Source: an uncultured Planctomycetales bacterium
GTDB taxonomy: Bacteria > Planctomycetota > Planctomycetia > Pirellulales > Pirellulaceae
Reading direction: 5' to 3'
DNA length: 64,000 nt
Assembly (NCBI GenBank): GCA_963695405.1
Contig: CAVOGJ010000003.1
Location: forward strand, 1-64,000
The translations under genes and the position numbers were made by a program. Shown here one piece after another: positions 49,774 to 60,258 of the stretch (position 1 is the first letter of the stretch; each line of letters starts with the position of its first letter). Under the pieces are notes generated by a model, which made no database searches, was not told the DNA's origin, and saw only the letters and a program-made list of their open reading frames with translations.

Positions 49774-51603
49774 CTATCCCTGTTTCCCTCCGTCGAGATA
49801 AGCCGTCAGCAGCGCCAAATCAGCGGGGGTGATACCGCTAATGCGGCCAGCTTGGGCCAGGTTCAGCGGACGCACGCGGGACAGCTTTTCGTGCGCCTCG
49901 TGCCGCAGGTGCGGTAGCGCCGCATAGTCGAGTGAAGCAGGCAGGCGTTTTTCGGCCATCCGCAATTGTCGGTCCACCTCCGCGTCCTGCCGGGCAATGT
50001 AACCCGCATATTTGACGTCATAAACCACCTGCTCAGCCACCAGCGGATCGACGTCGGCCAACGTAGAATCGCGCTCCACGATGGCTGCCCAGTCGACCTC
50101 GGGACGGCGGAGCCATTGCGCCAACGTTCCTTCGTCGCATCGGCGATTCTCAAGCGCCATACGTACGGCTGCCATAGCCTCTTCTTTTGCAGCGAGACGT
50201 GACATGCGATCATTGCCCACCAATCCGCATGCGGCGGCCAGTCGAGTCAACCGCCGGTCCGCATTGTCTTGCCGCAGCCTGAGGCGATGTTCGGCGCGGC
50301 TGGTAAACATCCGATACGGCTCGTCCACACCACGCGTCACGAGATCATCAAGCAAGACGCCGATATATGCCTGCTCGCGACCGAGCAGGAGTGGATCGTC
50401 GCCCCGCAACTGGAGAGCCGCGTTGGCGCCAGCCATCAAACCTTGTGCGGCGGCTTCCTCATAACCGGTGGTGCCGTTGATTTGTCCCGCAAAATAAAGC
50501 CCACGGACTGACTTGGTTTCCAACCACGGTCGCAGTTGTTCCGGCGGACAAAAGTCATACTCCACCGCGTAACCGTAGCGCATGATCTGGGCTCGCTCGA
50601 GGCCCGGGATCAGACGGAAGATCGCGTCCTGGACGTCTCGAGGCAGACTGGTCGAGATACCATTGATGTAATATTCCTGTGTCTGCCGGCCTTCGGGTTC
50701 CAAGAACAACTGATGCTGCGACTTCTCGGCGAACCGTACCACCTTGTCTTCGATCGAGGGACAGTAGCGGGGACCGTTCCCCTGGATCTGACCGCTGTAC
50801 ATGGGGGCGCGGTGGAGGTTGTCGCGAATCAGATCATGCACCGCTGCATTTGTGTGGGTAATCCAGCACGGTAACTGATCAACCTCGAGACGGTCATGCA
50901 GAAAAGAAAAAGGACGCGGCTCCTCATCTCCTGGCTGCCGTTCGCAGGCGGCGAAATCGATGGTGCGACCATTCATCCGTGGCGGAGTCCCGGTCTTGAA
51001 GCGTTGCAATTGAAAGCCCAGACGGGTCAGCGCCCCGCTAATACCGGAGGTGGTCCCCTCGCCCGCCCGGCCCCCCGACGTCTTGACTTCTCCGGTATGC
51101 ATCAAAGCCTGGAGGAACGTCCCGGTCGTCAGGACCACCGCCGGTGCGCGGTACTCGACGTCGCCCACAACCCTTACTCCGTTTACCGTGCGCGGGGACG
51201 ACGGTGCCTCATTTACCAACAGGTCGGTCACCACTTCTTGACGCAGCGCGAGATTTGGCTGTTCCTCAACGATCCTCTTGATCTCCTGCTGATAGGCCTT
51301 TTTGTCCGCCTGCGCACGAGGGCTGTGCATGGCGGGTCCCTTACGGCAGTTGAGCATCCGAAACTGGATTCCGGTGCGGTCGATGGCGACGCCCATGGCG
51401 CCACCCAGGGCGTCGATCTCACGGGCGATCTGTCCCTTGGCAACGCCGCCAATCGCCGGGTTGCAGCTCATCTGCCCCACCGTATCGAGATTGGTGGTGA
51501 GCAGTGCGACCTGGGCACCCAGCCGAGCGGCCGCTAGGGCAGCCTCGGTGCCGGCATGCCCTGCCCCGACGACTAGGACATCGTAATCGTAGCGAATGCT
51601 CAT
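49774..51603 (-). CDS. mnmG: tRNA uridine-5-carboxymethylaminomethyl modification enzyme
   Basis: FAD-binding VLVVGAGHAGTEAA; full-length MnmG/GidA collinearity (609 aa). Confidence 0.95.
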   Translation of the reverse strand: MSIRYDYDVLVVGAGHAGTEAALAAARLGAQVALLTTNLDTVGQMSCNPAIGGVAKGQIAREIDALGGAMGVAIDRTGIQFRMLNCRKGPAMHSPRAQADKKAYQQEIKRIVEEQPNLALRQEVVTDLLVNEAPSSPRTVNGVRVVGDVEYRAPAVVLTTGTFLQALMHTGEVKTSGGRAGEGTTSGISGALTRLGFQLQRFKTGTPPRMNGRTIDFAACERQPGDEEPRPFSFLHDRLEVDQLPCWITHTNAAVHDLIRDNLHRAPMYSGQIQGNGPRYCPSIEDKVVRFAEKSQHQLFLEPEGRQTQEYYINGISTSLPRDVQDAIFRLIPGLERAQIMRYGYAVEYDFCPPEQLRPWLETKSVRGLYFAGQINGTTGYEEAAAQGLMAGANAALQLRGDDPLLLGREQAYIGVLLDDLVTRGVDEPYRMFTSRAEHRLRLRQDNADRRLTRLAAACGLVGNDRMSRLAAKEEAMAAVRMALENRRCDEGTLAQWLRRPEVDWAAIVERDSTLADVDPLVAEQVVYDVKYAGYIARQDAEVDRQLRMAEKRLPASLDYAALPHLRHEAHEKLSRVRPLNLAQAGRISGITPADLALLTAYLDGGKQG

Positions 51604-51638
51604 ATATAGGCGATGCCTTCGTCTGGTCCGGCAGCAAG

Positions 51639-52202
51639 TTAGCCGAAGGCCGCCTCGATGCGATCGAGTTCCGCCTGTTCGCTCTCGGAAATCGCGCCCA
51701 GGCCCAGGAACCCCCCGGACGCCTCGGCGACCTGACGGGCATGCGCAACCAGCCCATCGCGTAATGCGATGCGATCGGTATCGGACAGCGTTTCGCCCAG
51801 CGCCTTGACATAGTCACTCCAGGCCTGGAACAACTCGCCATCCGGTTTCTCTTCGAGCCATGCCAAGAGGCACTGGTAGCTGGGACACGACTTACTGATC
51901 CCCGATTGCACGGCGGCCTGCAGGATCGCGTCGCGTTCCTTTTCGAGCAGTCGACCATCAGCCCAAGCGACCCGCACGAGCGGCACCATCGACAGAGCGG
52001 CCAGGGCATTGTTGCCCAGGTCGAGGCGTATCAAGCGATCGAGCAAGTCGACATCGGTAAAGCCAGAGATGGCCGCCAGTTCCTTTCGTTTCAGCTCGTG
52101 AGCCAGCTCCTCTTTCAATTTCTGCAGCAATTCGCAGTCTCTCTTGCGAAAAAACGAGTCTTCCAGCGCCTGGCGCCGGTCATGGAGAAATTCGTCAGAC
52201 AT
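51639..52202 (-). CDS. TerB-like (tellurite-resistance TerB / DjlA-N-like) domain protein
   Basis: Coiled-coil N-terminus, then …LVRVAWADGRLLEKERDAIL… and …RDGLVAHARQVAEASGGFLGLGAISESEQAELDRI…, resembling the paired ADG…E motifs of TerB domains. Confidence 0.45.
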   Translation of the reverse strand: MSDEFLHDRRQALEDSFFRKRDCELLQKLKEELAHELKRKELAAISGFTDVDLLDRLIRLDLGNNALAALSMVPLVRVAWADGRLLEKERDAILQAAVQSGISKSCPSYQCLLAWLEEKPDGELFQAWSDYVKALGETLSDTDRIALRDGLVAHARQVAEASGGFLGLGAISESEQAELDRIEAAFG

Positions 52203-52564
52203 CCGATCTTCGTCCTTTGTGTATTGATCCCAAGTCATCACCACGACGGGGTGAAGCCACCCTTGTCCTTTATACCCCATTCGGCCCCTCGAGTTGAGTC
52301 GCCCTGGCCTGGCTGAGCCGATCTGGGGAATTGCCGGGCAAAGGCGTGACACTTTTGGCACTCATAGGCCGTGTCTCGCCGCCGAGGAGGTGGGCGCTAC
52401 CGGCGGTGATGGGCCGTTCCGTGGTTGCAGCAGCGTACCACGGTCGATCGACGCGCTCACACTGTCGTGCGGGGCGAGCTGGGTCCCCGCCTGCGCGGGG
52501 ATGACGAGTGGGGCGAAGGGGTAATCTGCGGATCGTTTACGAATGGGCCGCACGCCACCAAGAC

Positions 52565-54001
52565 TCACGCCGCATGTCGTCGCGGCGAGGAAAGATTGAA
52601 GAGCCCGAAGATCTCGGATTCGCTCAGCCCACTCCCGGTCGTTGCATGCGCCTGCGAAAGCATGACATCAAACAATTCGCGTTTCTGCTGCAGCACCTCG
52701 TCGATCCGTTCTTCAATCGTCGCGGCCGACACAAAGCGAGTCACGGTCACCGGGCCCGCCGCGCCGATACGATGGGCCCGATTGATGGCCTGATCCTCCA
52801 CGGCCGGGTTCCACCAGCGATCAAAGAGAAAGACATACTCGGAAAACTGCAAATTCAACCCAACGCTACCGGCACCGTAGCTCATCAGCAACGCGCTACA
52901 ATTCGCATCCTCACGAAATTGTTGCAGGATCGGGTCACGCCGTTTCTGGGCAATTTTTCCATGGTACTCCAGCGGTGCGAACCGGCTCAGCCGTCGGCTG
53001 ATCCGTTGAATCGAGTCAACCCATTGGCTGAAGACAATCGCTTTCTTGCCACTGGCGGCGACTTCCTCGAGATCCGCTTCCAATCGATCGAGCTTCGCAC
53101 TCTCCTCCGTAACCGGATCGAAATTACAAATCTGCTTCAAACGCAAAACCAACTCAAAGACATGTTGAATCGTGGCGGCTTCCCCCATGTCGGTTAGCCG
53201 CACCACCCCCTGCTCTTCCGCCATTTCGTACGATTCGCGCTGGGCCGCCGTCAGTTCCAGCCGCGGGTCACAATACATCTTGGGCGGCAAGTCGGTCAGC
53301 ACCTGGTCCTTGGTACGGCGAAGGATGTAGTCGCTGGCGACGCGTCCCATGCGACGGGGAGTCATCTGCGCGGATAGAAATCCGGGCGACAGGAATTCAA
53401 AAATACCAAGCAAATCCTCGGCACTATTCTCTACGGGAGTTCCGGTTAGCGCCCAACTTCGGTTTCGCTTCACGGCCCGCGCAATCTGGCTTGTCGTACT
53501 CGCTCGATTCTTGATGCGCTGCGCTTCGTCGAGCACCATCAGGTCGAACGAACGAGTGTCTTCGGTGAGCGCTTCCCGATCGCGGACCAGTAATTCGTAA
53601 TTGGCGATCTTCACCGGAGTTGTTTCCAGATCCCACTGCCAGTGCCTTTGCGCTCGGGGCCCCTCGATGATGGCCACCGGGATTTCCGGCGCCCACAAGG
53701 CAAACTCCCGCTTCCAATTCGAGACAAGCGGCTTCGGGCAGACAAGCAACACTGAGCGGACTTCTTGCGTCCGCAACAGCAAACGAATCGAGGTGATCGC
53801 CTGCATCGTCTTTCCCAAGCCCATCTCGTCGGCCAGGACGGCGGCGACGCGGGGGTAGAGAAAGCCGACGCCTGCCATTTGATAAGGAAAGGGTTCGAAT
53901 GCGAAGTCAAACGATTCGGAACGGAGCCAAGTTTCCAGCGGAGGCTGTAGTAAATAGAACAGGCGATCGGCCAACCGGATGGCATCTTTTGGTGGTTGCA
54001 T
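52565..54001 (-). CDS. SNF2-family helicase (minimal ATPase core)
   Basis: …FEPFPYQMAGVGFL… (Q motif), DEMGLGKT (motif I), VLDEAQRIKN (DEAQ box), helicase-C motifs (…LLMSYGAGSVGLNLQ…ANRAHRIGA…); ~480 aa, little N-terminal extension. Confidence 0.85.
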   Translation of the reverse strand: MQPPKDAIRLADRLFYLLQPPLETWLRSESFDFAFEPFPYQMAGVGFLYPRVAAVLADEMGLGKTMQAITSIRLLLRTQEVRSVLLVCPKPLVSNWKREFALWAPEIPVAIIEGPRAQRHWQWDLETTPVKIANYELLVRDREALTEDTRSFDLMVLDEAQRIKNRASTTSQIARAVKRNRSWALTGTPVENSAEDLLGIFEFLSPGFLSAQMTPRRMGRVASDYILRRTKDQVLTDLPPKMYCDPRLELTAAQRESYEMAEEQGVVRLTDMGEAATIQHVFELVLRLKQICNFDPVTEESAKLDRLEADLEEVAASGKKAIVFSQWVDSIQRISRRLSRFAPLEYHGKIAQKRRDPILQQFREDANCSALLMSYGAGSVGLNLQFSEYVFLFDRWWNPAVEDQAINRAHRIGAAGPVTVTRFVSAATIEERIDEVLQQKRELFDVMLSQAHATTGSGLSESEIFGLFNLSSPRRHAA

Positions 54002-54290
54002 CCGCGTGACAGTCGGCGCTTGCCGCCGTGCCGATGCGGAGGAAGCAGAGGAACGCGTGTTGTTGGTCGCAGGCGACGACGCCATGACGGATGCCGCGTG
54101 AAAGGCGTAGCTAGTGACTTTCACGTCGGCTGCCGTCACTCGAACCGAAACCACAGGCACCGACTCTGCCGTTAATTCCGTCGAGGCGACATCGACCTTC
54201 AGCTTACGACGCAACGCGGCGTTCCAACCCGTCGCAAACGCTTTCACGGGGATCTTTGGCAATCGAGACGGCTCGCTCAACGGTATCTCC

Positions 54291-54370
54291 TTGCCTTTAC
54301 GACTACGACGCCTTTACGACTACGACGCCTTTACGACTACGACGCCTTTACGACTACGACGCCTTCGCGG
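54291..54370. repeat. 18-bp x4 perfect tandem repeat (CCTTTACGACTACGACGC)
   Basis: Four exact head-to-tail copies. The array begins at the stop codon of the 54354-54935 ORF and lies in the 350-bp region upstream of the SNF2 helicase gene. Confidence 0.9.
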
Positions 54371-54935
54371 GGCGCTGCGCCTCTTGGACCGCCTCGCGGA
54401 TGCGGACGAATGGTTCATCGAGCGCCATGCCGTCCGCCCAGGTGTGCCAGAGTTCCTCGGCAACGTGCTGGTCCGTCGCGAAACAAGATGGGAGCGAAAG
54501 CTGGTATTCGCCCAATCGAAACGTATGCCACTTCGCCGTCCGGTGAACTCCCGTTGGCTGATCGAGGCCGCCATCACCGGCCACATGGGATCCGATCGCC
54601 GGCGGCTCCGCCGGCAAGAGCTGGAACGTCGGGACGTCGGCGAGCGGCCGGGACTCGGCGATTTCCATCACGTCGCTCAGCAACAGATCGGGCAGCATTT
54701 TAGCGCGATCGAACAAGGCTCCCGCGATTTGCTCGCCATACAGGTAAGACTTGAGAATGGCGCCGTAGAGAATTTCTTGAGCTCGACTGGGTTGCACCGG
54801 CGCTGTGCAGTGAAATTCCAAAGGGCGGGCCCGCGCGTTCAAGAGCAGGTATCCACCGATGTGGCCCACCGCATCATCGTGGGTGATCGTCACAAATCCA
54901 AATGTCGGTTCGTGGTCCGAAGAGTTCTTCTTCAT
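54354..54935 (-). CDS. hypothetical protein (193 aa), first gene of the SNF2 cluster
   Basis: Coding-like composition throughout (MKKNSSDHEPTFGFVTITHDDAVGHIGGYLLLNARARPLEFHCTAP…); no domain recognised by eye. Confidence 0.45.
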   Translation of the reverse strand: MKKNSSDHEPTFGFVTITHDDAVGHIGGYLLLNARARPLEFHCTAPVQPSRAQEILYGAILKSYLYGEQIAGALFDRAKMLPDLLLSDVMEIAESRPLADVPTFQLLPAEPPAIGSHVAGDGGLDQPTGVHRTAKWHTFRLGEYQLSLPSCFATDQHVAEELWHTWADGMALDEPFVRIREAVQEAQRPAKAS

Positions 54936-55191
54936 AGCACCCAATCGAATGACACGACGCTGAGCACAAGTCATGATCTGACTTGATGAAGATCGGGTGA
55001 GCCGAGGTGGATACTTTAAGATGGGCCCTGTCAAGCCTATATCTGCGTCAAACTTTGATGGTTAATCCTTATTTGCATGGCGGCTGTGAATTGCTAGACA
55101 CCTCTACTGGAGGGTGGTTATACTAGGGCGAAGCAGCAAGTTGCCTCGACTTGTTCCCCCGAACATTAGCGACTCCCCGGAGTGATTTCAT

Positions 55192-55725
55192 ATGGCACCG
55201 AAACCGCAATCAAGCGAGCTCTTCACGCACATCGATGTTTCCGCCCATCCGAGTTCGGCCAGGAATCGAAACGACGATGTTTCGAATGCGGATATTGCCA
55301 TCTTGCTTCAGCATCTGATCGCGGGACAGGATCGTCAAAACGAACTGCTTGAGGAGTTGGTACAACAGACCACCGCGGCGCAGCGGCAGCGGGCTAACGA
55401 ATTGGGACAGTGGAAGGAAGCGAATCCGGCACTAGCGCGGCGCTGTCGTAACGCGGCCGAGGCCCTGAGCGGCGTCCAAACCGAATTTCTCCGTTCCCTG
55501 ACGGAGGAAATTACCGACAACGCCGATGGCTTCATGGAGGGAGAATTCCTGTTAAATGAATTCGTGGATCGGTTTGGCCCACGACTGGCCCACCTTAATG
55601 GGGTACTGCAGGTTCTCTCGCAACTCAGTTCCGTACCCACGAGCGGTGCGGCGACCAGCTCAGCCTGCCACGGTGGGCTCCTTCGCTCCAGGGCGGTAGT
55701 TTCTTTTGTGCCCGGCAGTGCATGA
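55192..55725 (+). CDS. hypothetical protein (177 aa), coiled-coil rich
   Basis: AT-rich promoter-like region upstream, GGAG RBS; Q/E/L-rich helical sequence. Confidence 0.4.
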   Translation: MAPKPQSSELFTHIDVSAHPSSARNRNDDVSNADIAILLQHLIAGQDRQNELLEELVQQTTAAQRQRANELGQWKEANPALARRCRNAAEALSGVQTEFLRSLTEEITDNADGFMEGEFLLNEFVDRFGPRLAHLNGVLQVLSQLSSVPTSGAATSSACHGGLLRSRAVVSFVPGSA

Positions 55726-55951
55726 ACCTCTTCTCGCCATCCTGGCGGAAAACGGGGTCGACGACTCGACTTGAGTTACGATTTTCCCGATCGCCAACCC
55801 TGCTTCGCTGAAGGAACTTGTCGTGCCCGTGCCGCGGAGCTGGACTGAGACTGGTCGTTCACGGAGGAAAGACTATCCTTACGGTACGGAGACCAGGCGG
55901 GCAACAGCGCCGTCACTTGGGATGAAAAGTCAACGCAGCTGAGGCTCGTCC

Positions 55952-57097
55952 ATGACAGCAGACACATCGGGAATGAAAGAGGCCACTTCCGTCGAATTGT
56001 CCACGGCCGTCGATGAAGCAAGAAAGCAACTCGACCAGCACGCCCACGAAATGGTGCAATGGCATTTCCACGAATCCACCGGATGCCCATTCTGGCTCGC
56101 CAAGAAGTCCGAATTGAACTTTGATCCGCTGAAAGAGATCCAAACCTATAATGATCTCAAGAAATTTCCTCCCTTCGAGGATGAGTGGCTGCGCGGCGGC
56201 CCGGTTCGGCGGTGGGTTCCAAAGGGCCTGGCAGATCGGCCGGTCTACGTCTTCGAAACCGGCGGCACGACCGGGATTCCCAAGAGCCGGGTCGTGATCG
56301 ATGACTTTCGTATCGACTACGAGCTATTCAGCGACACGCTACCCGACAAGTACTTCCCGCGGGGAGCCAACTGGTTGATGCTGGGCCCCTCGGGTCCGCG
56401 TCGGTTGCGGCTGGCGGTCGAGCACCTGTGTCAATATCGAGGCGGCATTTGCTTCTGCATCGATCTCGACCCGCGATGGGTGATCAAGCTGATCAAAAAA
56501 GGTTGGATGGAGCACCTCGAGGAGTACAAGAAGCATTGCATTGACCAGGCAATTACTGTGCTAACCGCGGGGCACGACATCAAGTGCATCTTCGCGACTC
56601 CAAAACTGCTCGAGGCATTGGCGTTGGCGTTGGAAGACCGCGGGACGAGCATCCCGGAACTTGGCGTGACCGGTATTTTTTCCGGAGGCACCGAGTTTAC
56701 TCCACAGTGGACTCGGTATTGCATCGAAGAGCTGCTCGGCGGGCTGCCGGAAGAAAGTGGGGTTTACATGACACCCACCTATGGCAACACCCTCATGGGC
56801 CTGGCGTGCAGCCGGCCCGTCACGCCAGCGGACGGCTACACTATTGCTTACTACGCGCCGCAACCGCGAGCGGTTACCGAGGTAGTCGATTTTGATGATA
56901 CGAATCGAGTTGTGGATTATGGGGCAACGGGACGCGTCAAGCTGACGACGCTTACCAAGGAATTCTTCGTCCCCGGGTTTCTCGAGCGCGACGAAGGAGA
57001 ACGTGAGCAACCCTGCGCACATTTCCCTTGGGACGGTGTGAGTGGCGTTCGCCCCTACCACAAACTCCAAGCAGCTACGACGGTCGGCGTCTACTGA
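55952..57097 (+). CDS. adenylate-forming enzyme, PaaK / F390-synthetase / LuxE-like (ANL superfamily)
   Basis: VFETGGTTGIPKS matches the [ST]GTTGxPK A3 adenylation motif of phenylacetate-CoA ligase/LuxE-type enzymes; 381 aa, no other domains. Confidence 0.55.
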   Translation: MTADTSGMKEATSVELSTAVDEARKQLDQHAHEMVQWHFHESTGCPFWLAKKSELNFDPLKEIQTYNDLKKFPPFEDEWLRGGPVRRWVPKGLADRPVYVFETGGTTGIPKSRVVIDDFRIDYELFSDTLPDKYFPRGANWLMLGPSGPRRLRLAVEHLCQYRGGICFCIDLDPRWVIKLIKKGWMEHLEEYKKHCIDQAITVLTAGHDIKCIFATPKLLEALALALEDRGTSIPELGVTGIFSGGTEFTPQWTRYCIEELLGGLPEESGVYMTPTYGNTLMGLACSRPVTPADGYTIAYYAPQPRAVTEVVDFDDTNRVVDYGATGRVKLTTLTKEFFVPGFLERDEGEREQPCAHFPWDGVSGVRPYHKLQAATTVGVY

Positions 57098-58386
57098 TTT
57101 GCGTCGGCGATGCAATAGAGATGATCGTAGGTCCGTAGGTAAATGCGTCCATCTACGAACACGGGCGTAGCGACTGTTTGCTCGAATACGGAGTTCGTCG
57201 CGACCAGCTGAAATTGCTCGGCATCCTTGATCACAAACGTCTTTCCGTCCTCGCGGGTCAAATAGACATGCCCGCCGGCCACCACCGGCGATGAACTGAA
57301 GGCCGTGCGGTTTTTTTCCAGGACGTTGTTCCAGAGAAAGTCACCATCGTCCGAGCGGATGCACGACACCAGCGTCTGATCCTGGCAGATGTATAGACGA
57401 TTTCCAGCTCCGCAAACCGGCGTGGGAACATCGGCCGCTTCCTCCGATTCCCACACCACGTGACTCTCGGTGACGTCTCCCTGACCGCCCAGACGGATGG
57501 CCGTAAGGGTCTTGCCCCGCGCGTAAGGAGCCAAGACCAACTCGTCGTGAACGAGTGGTGAGGCGATGGAACGAAACATCTGTGCGCCATTCGGGTTCAG
57601 CCCACCGACGCGCCACAATTCCTCACCGTCCCGGACGGCGTGTGCGGTGACATGGTCCGCCCCCAGCACGATCAGTTGCTCCTCACCATCTCGCTCGATG
57701 ATCAGCGGCGTCGTGTAACTCTGATTCGATTCGTTCGGGGCGTGAAGATTCCGGTCGACTTTCCACGCCTGTTTCCCCGTCGACTTGTCAAAGGCGACGA
57801 TGTATGAATCCCCTGTTTGCTGCACGGCGACGATCAGGAATTCTCGACTGAGGACCGGAGATGTTCCCAAATCCCACCAGAGAGTATTTGCAGCGAACTC
57901 CTGTTGGAGGTTGTTTTGCCACACCTTCTTTCCGGCGAAATCAACCGCCACCAAGTCGCCACTCTTGAAATAGAAGTAAACGCGTTCGCCGTCAGTGATC
58001 GGGGAAGAATTGGCGCTGCTGGCCTTTTGGTGGCGGACCTCGGCGGCCTGTCCCAATTCGACTTGCCAGCGACGATTTCCCTGGCGATCCAGGCAGAGTC
58101 CAATATTCTTCCCCTCTTCGCCGAAGGTAAGAAAAATGTGATCGCCCCAGATTGCGGGCGTCGAAGCACCGCGGCCCGGCAGCCGGTATTTCCATGCGAT
58201 GTTCTCGGAATCGGACCACTCCAGGGGATAATGATCCCCAGCCGCGTTGCCGTCTTGATGAGGCCCTCGCCAATTCGGCCAGTTGTCCGCCGCCACGCGA
58301 TGCACGACGCACAGGATCATGCCGAGGCACGACAACGCGATCCACAACCTGTTTTCTCCGCGTCCTTTACGCAGTCCTTTACGCAT
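57091..58386 (-). CDS. secreted PQQ-like beta-propeller repeat protein (BamB-like)
   Basis: Signal peptide; repeated …W…G…s.p.v.dg.vy… blades (PQQ/WD-like) across ~400 aa. Confidence 0.75.
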   Translation of the reverse strand: MRKGLRKGRGENRLWIALSCLGMILCVVHRVAADNWPNWRGPHQDGNAAGDHYPLEWSDSENIAWKYRLPGRGASTPAIWGDHIFLTFGEEGKNIGLCLDRQGNRRWQVELGQAAEVRHQKASSANSSPITDGERVYFYFKSGDLVAVDFAGKKVWQNNLQQEFAANTLWWDLGTSPVLSREFLIVAVQQTGDSYIVAFDKSTGKQAWKVDRNLHAPNESNQSYTTPLIIERDGEEQLIVLGADHVTAHAVRDGEELWRVGGLNPNGAQMFRSIASPLVHDELVLAPYARGKTLTAIRLGGQGDVTESHVVWESEEAADVPTPVCGAGNRLYICQDQTLVSCIRSDDGDFLWNNVLEKNRTAFSSSPVVAGGHVYLTREDGKTFVIKDAEQFQLVATNSVFEQTVATPVFVDGRIYLRTYDHLYCIADANQ

Positions 58387-58533
58387 GATGCACCTCATCC
58401 CAAGAGATTCGCAATTTGGTCGCCTTCACAAGGCGGGCATGATAGCGAAATAGCTGGCACGGCGACATCCGTCGACCGCCGAGCGATCGGGGCGACGATG
58501 CCTCGACACGCGTTTCGCCCTCAGGAGCAAATG

Positions 58534-60024
58534 TTAAGCGGGGCCGAGCCCCCAGGCTCCGAGAGCAACGTCGAGGACATCGAGTCCTTCACGGAGCTGT
58601 CTTGCTCGATCCCCAGCATCACGCAGCGACCGCGACGAGTCGTCGGTTGCGGAGGGAGCCAATGTCGCCAGGAGCGGCGGCGGCGCGATCGCGGTGGACC
58701 CGACTTCGTCAATCTCGAAACCGCGTGCCTCCGTGGGCGGGGCAAACTCGAGATCGACACCAGGGATCCCGGCAGAGCCTCCACCACTTGCCGAACTGCT
58801 TAGTGCTGCGGCGGGAGTCGAATCATTGAGTGCATTGACCACGATCAACGCGTCAAACGGCGCCACGACACCATCGTTGTCGGCATCGAGAAACTGCGGA
58901 GCGGAGGGTGAAGATGTCAGTTCAGGCAACTCGCCGGAAGCAGGATCACTGAACTCGCGAAGACTGAGTTCATTGATGACGAACAGTGCATCGAGCGGCG
59001 TGACGCCATTGACGCCATCCACGTCAGCTGGCGCCTGACTATTGTGCCATGCTCGCCCCGTGTAGACGGTCGCGAAATTCTGGTCAAAGTCATTGAGTGC
59101 ACGATCAATGGTTCCGACCAAGATGATCGGATCTCCACTCATAGAAGAATAGTCGCCCGCCTCCTGCATCCGCAGCCGATAGCTGCTGGCCGCTTCGTAG
59201 GCGAAGTGAAACGCACCGAGTTCGTCCGTTACGGTGCTACGCTCATTCGCGTCAAGCGTTCCGTTATTGTTGACGTCATCGTAAACGACGATTCCTCCAC
59301 GTCCGCCTTCCGTCGCGTCTCGCACGCCATCACGATTGGTATCGAGGAACACATCGCCGTGCACGATTCCCGCCGAAAGGACGACCTCTTCGACACGTAC
59401 GATCTGAATCTGTGAACCTTGCGGTTGATAGGGCGCCGCGGATATCGCACTCAAGCGGGACGTCGGCGGAAACAGCGTCGAGAAATTTGCTCGTGGCAAA
59501 TTGGCAATCTGGTCGACGACCGACATGTCGACCACGCGGGCAAAAACAGTGAAACCGCCATTCTGATTGTCTAGGTTACCCGAATTGTCGACGAGGTTGA
59601 TGAAATACTGATTTGTCGCGCTGTCGGGGTCGCCACCCAGTTTGGCCATCGCCACCGTACCCCGCGTATTGGAGATAGCGAATTCGTTTTCGATCGGCGC
59701 ATCGGTGGGTACCTCGGCAAAGAGGGCTGGATCTGCCGACGATGGATTTTGGGGAAATAGATCGGTGCTGGCGCTGAACCCGCCGCCTTGCAAAACAAAA
59801 TTCGGAACGAGGCGATGGAAAATTGAATTGACGAAATCGCCGTCCTCCACGTAATTCAGGAAATTCTGCACGGTACCGGGGGCGGCCGTGTCGAAGAATT
59901 CGAAGTCAATGTCGCCCACATTCGTCTTGAGCGTGGCGGTCGCCAGGGACCCCGCGTGAAGCACCTCTCGGCGTTCGAGAAGTTCCAGGCAGAGGGGTCG
60001 ATGTCGTGAAATCGCGAGAGGCAT
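58534..60024 (-). CDS. cyclophilin-type peptidyl-prolyl isomerase fused to dockerin-like Ca-binding repeats
   Basis: FHRLVPNFVLQGGGF…NTRGTVAMAK…QYFINL cyclophilin core, followed by DVDGVNGVTPLDALFVINEL and DADNDGVVAPFDALIVVNAL (Planctomycete dockerin-type motifs). Confidence 0.8.
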   Translation of the reverse strand: MPLAISRHRPLCLELLERREVLHAGSLATATLKTNVGDIDFEFFDTAAPGTVQNFLNYVEDGDFVNSIFHRLVPNFVLQGGGFSASTDLFPQNPSSADPALFAEVPTDAPIENEFAISNTRGTVAMAKLGGDPDSATNQYFINLVDNSGNLDNQNGGFTVFARVVDMSVVDQIANLPRANFSTLFPPTSRLSAISAAPYQPQGSQIQIVRVEEVVLSAGIVHGDVFLDTNRDGVRDATEGGRGGIVVYDDVNNNGTLDANERSTVTDELGAFHFAYEAASSYRLRMQEAGDYSSMSGDPIILVGTIDRALNDFDQNFATVYTGRAWHNSQAPADVDGVNGVTPLDALFVINELSLREFSDPASGELPELTSSPSAPQFLDADNDGVVAPFDALIVVNALNDSTPAAALSSSASGGGSAGIPGVDLEFAPPTEARGFEIDEVGSTAIAPPPLLATLAPSATDDSSRSLRDAGDRARQLREGLDVLDVALGAWGLGPA

Positions 60025-60258
60025 GCTGGTGTCTTTGGTGTCTTATTACTGGGCTCGGCACGGAAAGATCTGGCGATTCGCAGGGACTGCTAAAGCTATT
60101 TATTCTAATTGCCTGTTGCGGATCGCTCAATCAATTTGAGTACGCGGAAGGCCGTTCGCATTGGCGAGTGGCGCGATTTTGACGGAAAAGTGGCCGACAC
60201 CGACGCGAATTTCGCGTCGCCAGGTGGCGTTTGGGGGCCCCGCTTCCGTCATTCGCTG

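Noticed and set aside
54114-54986. 290-aa plus-strand ORF
   Set aside because: Runs through the 18-bp tandem repeat (giving LRRLYDYDAFTTTTP repeats) and antisense to the 54354-54935 gene. Judged non-coding.
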